NCBI GenBank assembly: GCA_963643725.1
Contig: CAVILR010000003.1
Coordinates: 4,578 to 68,577 of the forward strand
DNA length: 64,000 bases
DNA from: Lachnospiraceae bacterium
Lineage (GTDB): Bacteria > Bacillota_I > Bacilli_A > RFN20 > CAG-826
Reading direction: 5' to 3'
Below the pieces are notes generated by a model. The model ran no database searches. It had not been told where the DNA came from and saw only the letters and a program-made list of their open reading frames with translations. Position numbers and translations under genes: made by a program. Of the stretch, positions 17,237 to 27,997 are shown piece after piece (the stretch's first letter is position 1; each line of letters starts with the position of its first letter).

Positions 17237-18920
17237 TGAAGCTAATCGCATAGTCCCAAATAAGATTAACAAAATCTATGAAAGACTAGGCATTAGTTTT
17301 ATCGATGAAAAAATTGACGCTTCATTAGAAAAGAAGATTGCTAAAGAAGGTAATGTATTAATAAAGAACGTTCGTCGTCCTGATATCGTTTCAAAAAATG
17401 ACGAATGGTCTAGCTTCTATGAAAAGAAGATTGCATCTGAAAAGAAACAATTTGTTCCAGATGTTAAAGATAAAATTGGAATCAAAAAGACCAATCCTCT
17501 CCTCGCCTTCTTTAAAAAGCCTGGTTTCATCGCTGGTTTTTCAACCGCCTCAATTGCAATCATCTGCTCATCTATCATCATCGTCAATAGTTTAAATAAA
17601 ATAATTGATACGCCAGACAATAGCTCATCAATTAATTCAACGACGACAACAATTGATGATAACAGTGGCGTTGATGAGGTAATCGAACTCAAAGGAAAGA
17701 GCACGATTAATTTTAAAGTTACATCCGCGAGTGAAAGCTATAAACCAGAAGTAATTTATTCAGTTAACACAACTGGCTACATTGATAATGGCTCAATCGT
17801 TTCCGCCAACGACGCTTCAGCAAATATTCTTAATGATTTCGATAATAACGAAGTAACAAAATTAGACTCTAATAAGCAATATACTATACCTACATTTACC
17901 GGCAATTATTTAAAAAGCGCCTTAAATCTTGGATATCTTGAAAGAAAAGATGCGAGCAAGGCAAATGTCATCACTTTAAAAATAAATGCTGGCAAAGAAG
18001 ATGAACAATATTATGAAACTATGAAGAAAAATCTTGAGAGTTCCATAAATGAATTCATGTATGAAAATAAGGTAATAGCAAAATTTGAAATAGTTGCTGA
18101 GACAAGCGCAGTCGAAGATGATGAGAAAACGCAACTCATCCGACAAGCATATGAAATATGCAATACGTTATTTGTTAATTCAAACGGAGAAGTTAATAAG
18201 GTTTTATGTTTTTCCACTAATTTCGATGATTGGCTAATTAAATACGCCGATTATTCAATCGAAGACCTTCAAGAATATGTCGATATGCTTCTATATATCT
18301 CGAGCATGATATCTAACGATAGTAACAAAGATGAATTTATTAATAGCCTTGCCGATTGCGTTTCAATGCAAGAAAAAATTTATGAATTAAACGATCGTTA
18401 TGAAAAACTTTCAGACTTATACGAAGATGTCTTAGATAAATTAGAAGGTGACGATGATCACGATGAAGATGATGATTTTGTTAAGCCGGACGATAAAGAC
18501 GGATATGATTGGGATTGGTGGGATGATGTAGGTCATAATCACGGTCATGGTGATAAACCACATAAGAATAAACATCACGATGATTATTACGGTGACGATA
18601 GGGTTGAACCATCCGATGAAAACTATGAGATATTCATCAATGATATCGATACTTTCTTAACTAATAATCAAAATATCGATTCTAAAACCAATGATGAACT
18701 TTATAGTTTATGTTCTCAAATACGCGATTATTCAAGGCAAATTTATGACTTTTATTTCTACTATGAAGAAAAAATAAATAGAACGATGAATGATATTCTT
18801 ATTTCATTAGATAATGGCGATTATAATAACGGTCATCCAAACGATGATAGGCCTGATAATGATTGCCCACCTGATTGGGATGATGACTTCGACGATTGGT
18901 GGGGTCATCACCATCATTAA
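17202..18920 (+). CDS. Putative anti-sigma factor: single-pass membrane protein with Asp/His/Trp-rich extracytoplasmic modules
   Basis: GAGGGAG SD, and the start overlaps the sigma gene by 35 nt. Three N-terminal EKKI repeats and a TM segment GFIAGFSTASIAIICSSIIIV. Two acidic modules, ...DGYDWDWWDDVGHNHGHGD... and ...PPDWDDDFDDWWGHHHH (C-terminus). Confidence 0.55.
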   Translation: MKRNDLEKKIVNEANRIVPNKINKIYERLGISFIDEKIDASLEKKIAKEGNVLIKNVRRPDIVSKNDEWSSFYEKKIASEKKQFVPDVKDKIGIKKTNPLLAFFKKPGFIAGFSTASIAIICSSIIIVNSLNKIIDTPDNSSSINSTTTTIDDNSGVDEVIELKGKSTINFKVTSASESYKPEVIYSVNTTGYIDNGSIVSANDASANILNDFDNNEVTKLDSNKQYTIPTFTGNYLKSALNLGYLERKDASKANVITLKINAGKEDEQYYETMKKNLESSINEFMYENKVIAKFEIVAETSAVEDDEKTQLIRQAYEICNTLFVNSNGEVNKVLCFSTNFDDWLIKYADYSIEDLQEYVDMLLYISSMISNDSNKDEFINSLADCVSMQEKIYELNDRYEKLSDLYEDVLDKLEGDDDHDEDDDFVKPDDKDGYDWDWWDDVGHNHGHGDKPHKNKHHDDYYGDDRVEPSDENYEIFINDIDTFLTNNQNIDSKTNDELYSLCSQIRDYSRQIYDFYFYYEEKINRTMNDILISLDNGDYNNGHPNDDRPDNDCPPDWDDDFDDWWGHHHH

Positions 18921-18950
18921 AAAACCTCGAGACGATCTCGAGATTTTTTA
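18921..18950. terminator. Bidirectional rho-independent terminator
   Basis: Stem ctcgaga (18926-18932) / tctcgag (18936-18942) with loop cga, flanked by an A-run and TTTTTT. Confidence 0.8.
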
Positions 18951-18967
18951 TTTTTATTGCTCAGTAA

Positions 18968-20197
18968 TTAAAATGCCCAATTTCCGTCTTTGAAAATTTG
19001 GACTTTCTTACCATCACGCGTATAACCGACAATATTTAAATCTTTTGAACCGATCATGAAATCGACATGGATTGATGCATCATTGATGCCCATATCTTTT
19101 AATTGTTCTTGGCTATATTTTTCATAGTCTTTTATGCAGTTAGTAAAGCCGCGTCCAAGCGCTAGATGGCAAGCTGCATTTTCATCATATAAAGTGTTAT
19201 AGAACAAAATTCCCGTATTATTAATCGGTGAATCGTATGGTACAAGAGCACATTCACCTAAATAAGGAGCGTTTTCGTCCATGCTAATCATATGTTTTAA
19301 AAGTTCTTCACCCTTCTTCGCATGAACTTCAACCGCTTTGCCATTTTCAAATCTTATAGAGAAATCTTCAATTAATTCACCTTGATAGGACAATGGTTTT
19401 GTTGAGAAAACAATACCTTCCGCTTTTCCTTTACATGGAGAAGTGAAACATTCTTCACTAGGAATATTCGGGTTAAAGAAGATATTGCTACCTAGAGTTG
19501 TTTCGCCACCCGCCAGCCAATTGGCGTTAGGAAGAAGCCAAACCTTGAAATCAGTTCCGTTTTTGCTCGTGTAATGTAAATAATCTAAATTTAAGGAATT
19601 TAAATAGGCGCTGCGCTTAGCTAAATCTTTGTTGTGTTCATCCCATGCTTTAATCGGATCACCATTGTCGCATCTAGATGTTTTTAAGATAGCCTCCCAA
19701 AGCGCTTCAGTTGCTTGGCGTTTAGATAAGGAAGGGAATACCTTCTTTGCCCATGCAGGAGAAGCAGCTCCAGCGATAACCCATTGATATTTATTTTCTC
19801 TTTTGTCGCGGAATGGTTTAATAATCGGATATTGAGCCTTTCGAACATTAGCAATCTTTGCTTGATTGACGCCCTTAAATGCATCAGGATCACTAGATTC
19901 GATATAAATCATCACCGGATTTTCATCTACAAGATATTCTTGTCGAGCAATTTGATATGGATATAAGTGAGAAAGTGACTTTAACGATTCTTTCTTATAG
20001 CTGACTTTGTCAGTTTTATCACTTGTCCAACGTATAGTAACTCGTTTTGCTCCTAGGGAGTAGCATTCGCTCATTATATAACTTGCGAGTTCTTCTTGAT
20101 TGACATCAGCGATTAATTCAACAATTTGTCCGCGTTGAACGTTGCCACCAACTTTAGCAATCAATTTTGCATATTGTTTTAATACAGTTTTTTTCAT
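18968..20197 (-). CDS. M29 family aminopeptidase (AmpS/PepS-like)
   Basis: MKKTVLKQYAKLIAKVGGNVQRGQ..., EECFTSP and HVDFMIGS motifs. The ATG at 20197 has a GAGG SD. The longer ORF-track start would run through the secG terminator. Confidence 0.85.
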   Translation of the reverse strand: MKKTVLKQYAKLIAKVGGNVQRGQIVELIADVNQEELASYIMSECYSLGAKRVTIRWTSDKTDKVSYKKESLKSLSHLYPYQIARQEYLVDENPVMIYIESSDPDAFKGVNQAKIANVRKAQYPIIKPFRDKRENKYQWVIAGAASPAWAKKVFPSLSKRQATEALWEAILKTSRCDNGDPIKAWDEHNKDLAKRSAYLNSLNLDYLHYTSKNGTDFKVWLLPNANWLAGGETTLGSNIFFNPNIPSEECFTSPCKGKAEGIVFSTKPLSYQGELIEDFSIRFENGKAVEVHAKKGEELLKHMISMDENAPYLGECALVPYDSPINNTGILFYNTLYDENAACHLALGRGFTNCIKDYEKYSQEQLKDMGINDASIHVDFMIGSKDLNIVGYTRDGKKVQIFKDGNWAF

Positions 20198-20257
20198 ATT
20201 TTTTAACCTCATGCGGTATTGTAGCACATTCTTAAAGCTAAATTGCGAAAACGATAG

Positions 20258-20285
20258 GCAAAATAAAAGCCGCATAACGCGGCAT
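20258..20285 (-). terminator. Terminator after secG
   Basis: Stem gccgc / gcggc (20269-20283), followed on the minus strand by TTTTATTT. Confidence 0.55.
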
Positions 20286-20301
20286 AAAGTTTAAATATTT
20301 G

Positions 20302-20529
20302 TTATTGAATGCAACTGATAAGAATTGCTAAGAACATAAAGACGATGACAAACGAGAAGGTTAACCAAGTAATGATTTTCTCAGAACCACGTTCTTTTGT
20401 TTTAACAAAGATGTTCATACCTCCGCCGGTAATCGCACCAGAAGCACCTTCAGATTTACCACCTTGGAGCAACGATAAAACAATGATGATTAACCCTATG
20501 ATTAAGAATATAACGTCATACCACTGCAT
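20302..20529 (-). CDS. secG: Preprotein translocase subunit SecG
   Basis: 75 aa with two TM segments and a Gly-rich loop (LLQGGKSEGASGAITGG). Confidence 0.85.
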   Translation of the reverse strand: MQWYDVIFLIIGLIIIVLSLLQGGKSEGASGAITGGGMNIFVKTKERGSEKIITWLTFSFVIVFMFLAILISCIQ

Positions 20530-20597
20530 ATCTTTCTCCTTGCTAAGTGCTTAAATATATTTACACATATTATTTATTAAAGCAACGCTTTATTTTT

Positions 20598-22577
20598 CTA
20601 CTTTTTGATAACGCTTCGATATTCTAAAATCGTATCGCGTATCTCCGCAGCTCTTTCAAAATCATATTCTTTGGCTGCATTTTTCATCTCTTTTTCTAAT
20701 TTTTTGATTTCATTTTCAATTTCACTTGTCGAGGAAACCTTTGATATTTTCTTTGATTTAGTATAGTTTCCATCAATGTTTTTAATCGGTTCATGTATCG
20801 GTTTAACAATTGTTTCAGGCACGATTCCGTTTTCTTTGTTATAGGCATCTTGAATCGCTCGTCTTCGGTTTGTCTCATCAATTGCAATTTGCATAGATTC
20901 AGTAACCGTATCACCATACATAATGACTTTTCCGTTTTTGTTTCTTGCCGCGCGGCCAATAACTTGGATTAACGCTCGTGAGGAACGGAGAAAACCTTCT
21001 TTATCTGCGTCTAAAATCGCAATCAATGAAACTTCAGGAATATCAAGACCTTCACGAAGGAGGTTGATACCCACTAAAACATCATATTTTCCTTTACGGA
21101 GTTGATAAATAATTTCACTACGTTCTAAAGTTTTTGTTTCATTATGCAAATATGCGACCTTAAAATCTTTGTCTTTTAGGTAAGATGTTAAATCTTCAGC
21201 CATACGTATAGTCAAAGTTACGACCATAACGCGTTCATGATTATTAATTCGCTTAGTTATCTCATAGATTAAATCATCGATTTGTCCAAGAGTTGGACGC
21301 ACCTCAATAAGCGGATCTAGTAGACCCGTTGGACGAATAATTTGTTCAACAACTTTGTTATTAGCTTTTTCAAGTTCATAATCGCCTGGGGTTGCCGAGG
21401 TACAAATCGTATATGGCATTAATGATTCGAATTCATCAAATTTAAGTGGTCGATTATCTAATGCACTTGGAAGACGGAAACCGTATTCGACAAGCGTTTC
21501 TTTTCGTGAACGATCGCCATTATACATTCCGCGTATTTGAGGAAATGTAACGTGAGATTCATCGACAATTAATAAGAAATCTTTGGGAAAATAATCAATT
21601 AATGAAAATGGTCTACTTCCCGGCTTTCTTCCATCGATATGTCGAGCATAATTTTCAATGCCTGGACACATGCCAAATTCAAGCAAACTATCCATATCTT
21701 GACGCGTTCGCATTTCAATGCGTTCAGCTTCTAATGGTTTGTCATTATCCTTAAAAAACTTAATACGTTCCTCTAATTCTTGTTCAATTGTCGTTACCGC
21801 TTTTTGAATTCTTTCCTTGGTTGATGCGTGATCATAGGCTGGGAAAAACGGATAGCTTTTATATGTCGCTTTCACCTCACCTGTTAATGAATCGACTTGA
21901 CTAATTTGTTCGACGACATCGCCAAAAGTATCGATTCTTATTATATATTCCTTGCTATGAGGAGGAGCGACTTCGATAATATCGCCTCTAACCCTAAAGG
22001 AACCAGGTTTTATATCGAGGTTATTTCTTATATATTGAGCGTCGACAAGCTTTTGAAAAAACACTTTTCTATCCAATGCTTCATCAACGCGTATATCAAA
22101 AGCTAAATTGCGATATTCATCAGGATCAGTTAAGCCATAAATAGAGGCGACTGAACTGACGATGATCGTGTCCTTTCTTTCTAAAATTGAATTTATCGCC
22201 GAGGTGCGCATCATCTCAATTTCTTCATTCATCAATGCACTTTTATCGATGTAAGTATCTGAACTAGGAAGATAGGCTTCTGGTTGATAAAAATCAAAGT
22301 TTGAAACAAAGTATTCAACCCTATTATTTGGAAAAATCTCTTTAAATTCCTCATATAATTGGCCAGCAAGCGTTTTATTATGCACAATTACAAGTGTAGG
22401 TTTTTGTATCTTTTCAATGACGTTTGAAACAGTAAAAGTCTTGCCCGTGCCAGTAGCTCCAAGAAGAACTTGTAGTTTCTTTCCTTCTTCAACGCCCTTA
22501 ACTAATTGCTCAATAGCCTTAGGTTGATCGCCGGTCGGCTTATAAGAAGATACGATTTTAAATTGTTGTTCCGCCAT
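20598..22577 (-). CDS. uvrB: Excinuclease ABC subunit B
   Basis: [17 protein letters not shown], Walker [10 protein letters not shown], and a C-terminal UVR motif ([11 protein letters not shown]). Confidence 0.97.
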   Translation of the reverse strand: MAEQQFKIVSSYKPTGDQPKAIEQLVKGVEEGKKLQVLLGATGTGKTFTVSNVIEKIQKPTLVIVHNKTLAGQLYEEFKEIFPNNRVEYFVSNFDFYQPEAYLPSSDTYIDKSALMNEEIEMMRTSAINSILERKDTIIVSSVASIYGLTDPDEYRNLAFDIRVDEALDRKVFFQKLVDAQYIRNNLDIKPGSFRVRGDIIEVAPPHSKEYIIRIDTFGDVVEQISQVDSLTGEVKATYKSYPFFPAYDHASTKERIQKAVTTIEQELEERIKFFKDNDKPLEAERIEMRTRQDMDSLLEFGMCPGIENYARHIDGRKPGSRPFSLIDYFPKDFLLIVDESHVTFPQIRGMYNGDRSRKETLVEYGFRLPSALDNRPLKFDEFESLMPYTICTSATPGDYELEKANNKVVEQIIRPTGLLDPLIEVRPTLGQIDDLIYEITKRINNHERVMVVTLTIRMAEDLTSYLKDKDFKVAYLHNETKTLERSEIIYQLRKGKYDVLVGINLLREGLDIPEVSLIAILDADKEGFLRSSRALIQVIGRAARNKNGKVIMYGDTVTESMQIAIDETNRRRAIQDAYNKENGIVPETIVKPIHEPIKNIDGNYTKSKKISKVSSTSEIENEIKKLEKEMKNAAKEYDFERAAEIRDTILEYRSVIKK

Positions 22578-23693
22578 TATTTGATTATGCCTTGTCTAGC
22601 AAGCATGTCTAAATAGGCATAGATAAATCCATCGATATTTCCATCCATGACTCCATCGACATCACTCTCTGAATAATTGGTGCGATTATCTTTCACCATG
22701 GTGTAAGGGCAAAATACGTATGAACGAATTTGACTGCCCCATTCAATATCTTTTTGTTCGCCGACAATGTTTTGCAATGCTTTTTGCTTCTTTTCAACTT
22801 CTAATTGATAAAGTTTACTTTTAAGCATATTCATTGCCATTTCTTTATTTAATAATTGACTTCGCTCAACTTGGCAAGATACTACGATACCAGTTGGCAA
22901 ATGGGATATGCGAACAGCGGTTTCAACCTTGTTAACATTTTGCCCTCCAGCTCCACCGGATCGATATGTATCGACACGGATGTCTTTATCTTCAATTTTA
23001 ATGTCAGGAATATCTTCAAACTGAGGGACAATATTGACTGACGCAAATGAAGTGTGGCGGCGTTTATTCGCATCAAAAGGTGAAATTCTAACTAAGCGAT
23101 GAACACCTTTTTCACTTTTGAGTAAGCCGTAAGCATTTTTGCCTTTAATCGATAAAGTCATCGATTTAATGCCGGCTTCTTCACCCATTTGACAATCGAC
23201 AACATCAAATTTCATGTGATGACGTTCGCAATATCGAACATACATTCTCGATAACATATCCGCCCAATCCTGTGCTTCCGTACCGCCAGCGCCACTATGG
23301 ATTTCTAAAATGATATTGAGTTTATCGAACTCACCTTTGAATAATAATTTTTGACGGAACGATTTAACATTCTTACTTAAATCATCAATCAACTCTTCAA
23401 TAAATGCCTTTGTATCAGCATCTTCTTCGGTGCAGACAAACAATAAATCTTTGAGTTCTTCGTGACTTTTTACAATTTTAAGATATGTGTCGCGTTCATC
23501 TTTAACATCATTGAATTCATCAATAACTTTCAACGCAGATTTTTGATCATCCCAAAAATTATCACGATTTTGTTCTTTTTCTAATTCATCAACTCTTTTA
23601 TTTAAATAATCGAGGTCAAAGAGAATCACCGAGTCTATAGACTTGCTCAGACAAAACATTTAAATCGTTTCTGAGTTCTTGTAGCTCTTTCAT
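22577..23693 (-). CDS. prfB: Peptide chain release factor 2 (requires programmed +1 frameshift)
   Basis: Frame 1 runs from the ATG at 23693: [25 protein letters not shown] then TGA. Frame 2 continues [14 protein letters not shown]... with SPF and GGQ motifs. Predicted product is 371 aa. Confidence 0.93.
23615..23621 (-). promoter_or_regulatory. RF2 autoregulatory +1 frameshift site CTT TGA C
   Basis: Minus-strand tct CTT TGA Cct. The in-frame TGA at 23618-23616 is codon 26. Confidence 0.9.
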
Positions 23694-26104
23694 TATTCCT
23701 TATCCTTGCTTTCAACATCGATAGCTTCATCACTCTTCTTTGCTTCAGCTTCGATTGGTTTACGAATTTGTACGACGACATTTAAAAATTTAAAAGCCGA
23801 GTCGACAGAGATGTTTTCTAAACATTCTCTAAATAACTGTTGCCCTTCATTAACATAGTCTTGTAATGGGTTAACATTGCCATATGAACGAAGGTGAATA
23901 CCTTCTCTTAATCTAGCCATTGTATCGATTTGCTTTGTCCAGTTTTGATCGATTGTTTGTAGGGCTATTTCTCTTTCAACTTGATTAGCGACATCACTAG
24001 GCCATTGTTTACGACGAATTTGATAGATGTCATAGAGTGTATCACCTAGATCTTGACCGGCTTCTTCAGCAGGTGATTCATCGTAGGCTGCAACTTTAAA
24101 TGAACCTTCAGGCATGAATTTAGGTTCGAGCAATTTTCTTAATTCTTCACCATTGATTAGACCATCCTTGCTATCAGAGGGAACTGCCTTATGAGCTAAA
24201 ACTAAACCAGCGGTTGCAAAGAATTCTTGAATTAAATCATCGATATTATCCGCATACATGATAGCGTCACGCTTTTCATAAATAGCTTTTCTTTGTCGAG
24301 AAATAACATCGTCATAATCGAGCAAATTCTTACGAATATCAAAGTTTTGACCTTCGATTTGCTTTTGAGCGTTGGTGATAACGCTGCTAAAAAGACGAGA
24401 TTCAAGAGGTCCTTCGCCAAATGATTCAATCCTCTTTTGCACCGATTCAGCAGCAAAGCGTTTTAATAAATCATCATCGAAGGATATATAGAATCGTGAG
24501 AAACCAGGATCACCTTGACGACCGCTACGACCGCGAAGTTGGTTATCGATTCGGCGCGATTCGTGACGTTCTGTTCCAAAGACACATAATCCGCCGAGAG
24601 CTTTGACTTCATCGTTAATCTTAATATCGGTACCACGACCAGCCATGTTGGTGGCGATAGTAATCGCACCTTTTTCGCCGGCGTGAGAAATAATCTCCGC
24701 TTCGCGAGCGTGGTTTTTTGCGTTTAATACTTCGTGCTTAAGGCCTTCACTAGTCAATAAATTAGATACTTCTTCAGATGATTCGACTGAGACGGTACCA
24801 ATCAAAATTGGTTGTCCTTTTTCATGTCTTTCCTTAACCTCTTTAACTAAGGCAGCAAGTTTCTCGCCCTTATGCGCGTAAATATAATCTAAAGCATCAA
24901 TTCTTTGAATTGGTCGATTAGTTGGAATTGAGACGACGCGCATGTTATAGATTTTTTGGAATTCTTCCTCTTCAGTTTTTGCTGTACCTGTCATTCCAGA
25001 TAATTTCTTAAATAAGCGGAAGAAATTTTGATAGGTAATCGTCGCAAGGGTAACTGTTTCTTGTTTAATTTCAACATTTTCCTTAGCTTGAATAGCTTGT
25101 TGAAGACCATCGGAATATTCACGACCCTTAAGAATACGGCCGGTAAATTGGTCAATTAATTGAATTTGATGTTCTTGATCGACCATATATTCGACATCGC
25201 GCGCCATGATGTAGTTAGCTTTCAAGGCTTGATAAATTCTATGAACTAAATCTTGGTGTTCTGGATCGTAGAGGTTACGAATGCCAAACATTCTTTCAGC
25301 TTTTGCACTTCCCTCTTCAGTTAAACTACAAGTCTTATCTTTGATATCGATATCGTAGTCCTTATCTTTTTTAAGCGTCTTAACAAATCGATCAGCGACA
25401 GTGTATTGCGATGCCGTTGCTTTCGCTCCACCAGAGATAATCAAAGGAGTTCTCGACTCATCGATTAAAATTGAGTCAGCTTCATCGATAACCCCATAAT
25501 TTAAACCGCGTAAAACGCGACCATTAATGGACTTGGCCATGTTATCTCGAAGATAGTCAAATCCAAGTTCAGCGTTTGTCGTATAGCAAATATCGCATAA
25601 ATGTGCTTCCTTCTTTTGTTGAGGAGATAATTCGCGTAGGTTACAACCAACAGTCAAACCTAAGAAACGGTAAATTTGTCCCATCCAATCAGCGTCGCGT
25701 TGAGCGAGGTATTCATTGACGGTGACAACATATGCTCCTTCACCTTTTAAAGCATTTAGATAAATTGACATCGTCGCAGTCAAAGTTTTACCTTCACCAG
25801 TTTTCATCTCGGCGACATCGCCATCGTTCATTACAAGCGCGCCGATAACTTGAACTTTAAATGGGAACTGATGCAATGTTCTCCACGCGGCTTCGCGCGC
25901 CACAGCCATCGCCTCATATTTAATATCATCGAGTGATGCTCCATTTTTTAATAGTTCTTGAAAATACGGAGTTTTCGCTCGAAGTTCATCATCGCTTAAA
26001 GCTCGCATCTTTTCTTCATAAGAAAGAACCTTATCGGCTTCGCGAGTATATTTCTTCAAAACTCTAGCATCAACTCGGAACAATTTTTCAATAAAATTAG
26101 CCAT
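23693..26104 (-). CDS. secA: Preprotein translocase ATPase SecA
   Basis: 803 aa with MKTGEGKTL and VIDEADSILIDE motor motifs. AAGGAG SD. Confidence 0.97.
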   Translation of the reverse strand: MANFIEKLFRVDARVLKKYTREADKVLSYEEKMRALSDDELRAKTPYFQELLKNGASLDDIKYEAMAVAREAAWRTLHQFPFKVQVIGALVMNDGDVAEMKTGEGKTLTATMSIYLNALKGEGAYVVTVNEYLAQRDADWMGQIYRFLGLTVGCNLRELSPQQKKEAHLCDICYTTNAELGFDYLRDNMAKSINGRVLRGLNYGVIDEADSILIDESRTPLIISGGAKATASQYTVADRFVKTLKKDKDYDIDIKDKTCSLTEEGSAKAERMFGIRNLYDPEHQDLVHRIYQALKANYIMARDVEYMVDQEHQIQLIDQFTGRILKGREYSDGLQQAIQAKENVEIKQETVTLATITYQNFFRLFKKLSGMTGTAKTEEEEFQKIYNMRVVSIPTNRPIQRIDALDYIYAHKGEKLAALVKEVKERHEKGQPILIGTVSVESSEEVSNLLTSEGLKHEVLNAKNHAREAEIISHAGEKGAITIATNMAGRGTDIKINDEVKALGGLCVFGTERHESRRIDNQLRGRSGRQGDPGFSRFYISFDDDLLKRFAAESVQKRIESFGEGPLESRLFSSVITNAQKQIEGQNFDIRKNLLDYDDVISRQRKAIYEKRDAIMYADNIDDLIQEFFATAGLVLAHKAVPSDSKDGLINGEELRKLLEPKFMPEGSFKVAAYDESPAEEAGQDLGDTLYDIYQIRRKQWPSDVANQVEREIALQTIDQNWTKQIDTMARLREGIHLRSYGNVNPLQDYVNEGQQLFRECLENISVDSAFKFLNVVVQIRKPIEAEAKKSDEAIDVESKDKE

Positions 26105-26186
26105 AAATTACTACTCCTTAGCAAGTAACTGCTTTATTTTAGCATTTATAAAATGCTTAGACAATTCATAATAAACACATCGATAA

Positions 26187-26879
26187 TCATGTCATTTTAG
26201 TTTTGCTCATTACGAGAATTTTAATCTTTTTTGGATGGCATTTCTTTAATAGATTGATCATCGCTTTAACTGTTGAACCAGTCGTAAAAACGTCGTCCAC
26301 GATCAGTAATTTTTTATTAGCCAATTTAGCATTTATATCGATAGATAAGTGTTTGCCGATTTCTTGCCTTTGTAAAAACGTGCCATCCGATTGTTTAACA
26401 TCATCAATTTTATGAATGCAACAACACATTTTAAGTTTTAATATCGAAAACATTTCTTGGACGTGATTAAAGCCTCTTTGTTTATCGCTTTCACTATACG
26501 AAGGGGCAGGAATCATTGTGTATCCGCGATATTTAATAGTTAGATAATGGGCAAAATATTCTAGAAAAATGGTTTTAAGTTCATAGTCGGAACAGCCTTT
26601 GAACTGATACAGTTTATCTTTAATCACATCGTCGTAATCAAATATTGATAAAGCATCATAATTATTGACATTAAATTTCAAAAATCTTGGTGAAAACTGG
26701 TTAAAACAGCTATTGCATATACTTGGATGATAATAGAAGAGATTGTGCAAAGAATCTTCCTCTATTGGACCAAAACATATCTTACAAAAATTTGTTTTTG
26801 CTAATGATAGTTTCTTTGGCTTTAAGCATGCTATCGCTTTTTTTATCCGCGAGAAAAATGACTTCTCCATAAGGCGCAT
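26187..26879 (-). CDS. comFC: ComF family protein (ComFC; PRTase-like)
   Basis: CKICFG...CNSC zinc motifs and PRTase loop LLIVDDVFTTGST. The ATG at 26879 is preceded by GGGAGGAAG. Confidence 0.8.
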   Translation of the reverse strand: MRLMEKSFFSRIKKAIACLKPKKLSLAKTNFCKICFGPIEEDSLHNLFYYHPSICNSCFNQFSPRFLKFNVNNYDALSIFDYDDVIKDKLYQFKGCSDYELKTIFLEYFAHYLTIKYRGYTMIPAPSYSESDKQRGFNHVQEMFSILKLKMCCCIHKIDDVKQSDGTFLQRQEIGKHLSIDINAKLANKKLLIVDDVFTTGSTVKAMINLLKKCHPKKIKILVMSKTKMT

Positions 26880-27927
26880 CAAACTTCCTCCCTACTCTTC
26901 CAGATATTTGAACCAGATTGTATTCGTTATATAGTTCGTGATCTGAACGAAAGATAATGACTTGGAGGTTTTTAATTGTTACCCCGCGTTCGAGCACGGC
27001 GGTGGTAATGAGCACTAAAAACTTATTCTTTCGAAAATCATCAATTATCTCCGCCCGTAAAGGGCTTTTAGAATGAACAACATTTAACGAATGGATGAAA
27101 GGCTTAATTGTTTTATACAAGCCTTCAGCAATTTCAATCGTTGGAGCGAATACAAATGTTGGCTTCTTTTCATCGATAAATTTTTTTAATTTTTTGATGA
27201 GATAAATATATTTTGTAAAACCAATTCTTATAACTAAGCAAGGAACCGGCAATGGTTGACGATGAAAGCGAGTATTCAATTCTAAAATCTCTCGATTACC
27301 GCTTCTAAATTTCTTAACGACTTCCTTAGATGGGGTTGCAGAAAGCATCACCACATTGCCTTTTTGAGCCTTGATAAACATCGAATTTAATAGTTCGTTC
27401 CCATTATATGGGAAAGCATCAATCTCATCTAAAACAATCAAATCGAAATAATGTTCATATCGATATAGTTGATGCGTTGTTAAAACGACAATATCAGCCT
27501 CTAAAAGGGATGTATGTCCTCCGTAGACAGATGTTACTGAATTATTTGGAAATGCTGATTTAATCCGAAGATATAATTCCTTAGCCACATCTTTACGCGG
27601 GATGGCGAATGCAACAGCTTGCTTACGCTTTAAAGCATATTCAATCACTCCATAAACTAATTCAGTTTTGCCCGCCCCACAGACGGCGTTTATCAACGTA
27701 TCATAACCACGTTTGTAGTTATAAATTACTCGTTCTGAAATCTCTTTTTGTTCCTTAGACAATGAATAATCGAGTTTAAGTTCTGCAGTTGCACCTGAAT
27801 ATTTATGCTCCTTTGCCATCTCTCCATGCATAGAAATACAAAAACGACAATATGCTTTGCCATGTATATAACCAATGTATTTTGGATTTGTGTTTCCACA
27901 TTTAGGACAAATATAATTACCCATCAT
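26782..27927 (-). CDS. comFA: Competence helicase ComFA (DEAD/DEAH-box)
   Basis: N-terminal Zn finger CPKCGN...CRFC, Walker A CGAGKTE, LDEIDAF and LSATP motifs. Confidence 0.85.
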   Translation of the reverse strand: MMGNYICPKCGNTNPKYIGYIHGKAYCRFCISMHGEMAKEHKYSGATAELKLDYSLSKEQKEISERVIYNYKRGYDTLINAVCGAGKTELVYGVIEYALKRKQAVAFAIPRKDVAKELYLRIKSAFPNNSVTSVYGGHTSLLEADIVVLTTHQLYRYEHYFDLIVLDEIDAFPYNGNELLNSMFIKAQKGNVVMLSATPSKEVVKKFRSGNREILELNTRFHRQPLPVPCLVIRIGFTKYIYLIKKLKKFIDEKKPTFVFAPTIEIAEGLYKTIKPFIHSLNVVHSKSPLRAEIIDDFRKNKFLVLITTAVLERGVTIKNLQVIIFRSDHELYNEYNLVQISGRVGRKFDAPYGEVIFLADKKSDSMLKAKETIISKNKFL

Positions 27928-27963
27928 TATTAGGTAGTTATATTTAATATGCTAATTACAAAT

Positions 27964-27990
27964 ATTAAAAAAGGAAGCAAAGCTTCCTGT
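27964..27990 (-). terminator. Terminator after rpiB
   Basis: Stem aggaagc / gcttcct (27972-27988), followed on the minus strand by TTTTTTAAT. Confidence 0.7.
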
Positions 27991-27997
27991 TGTTTAA

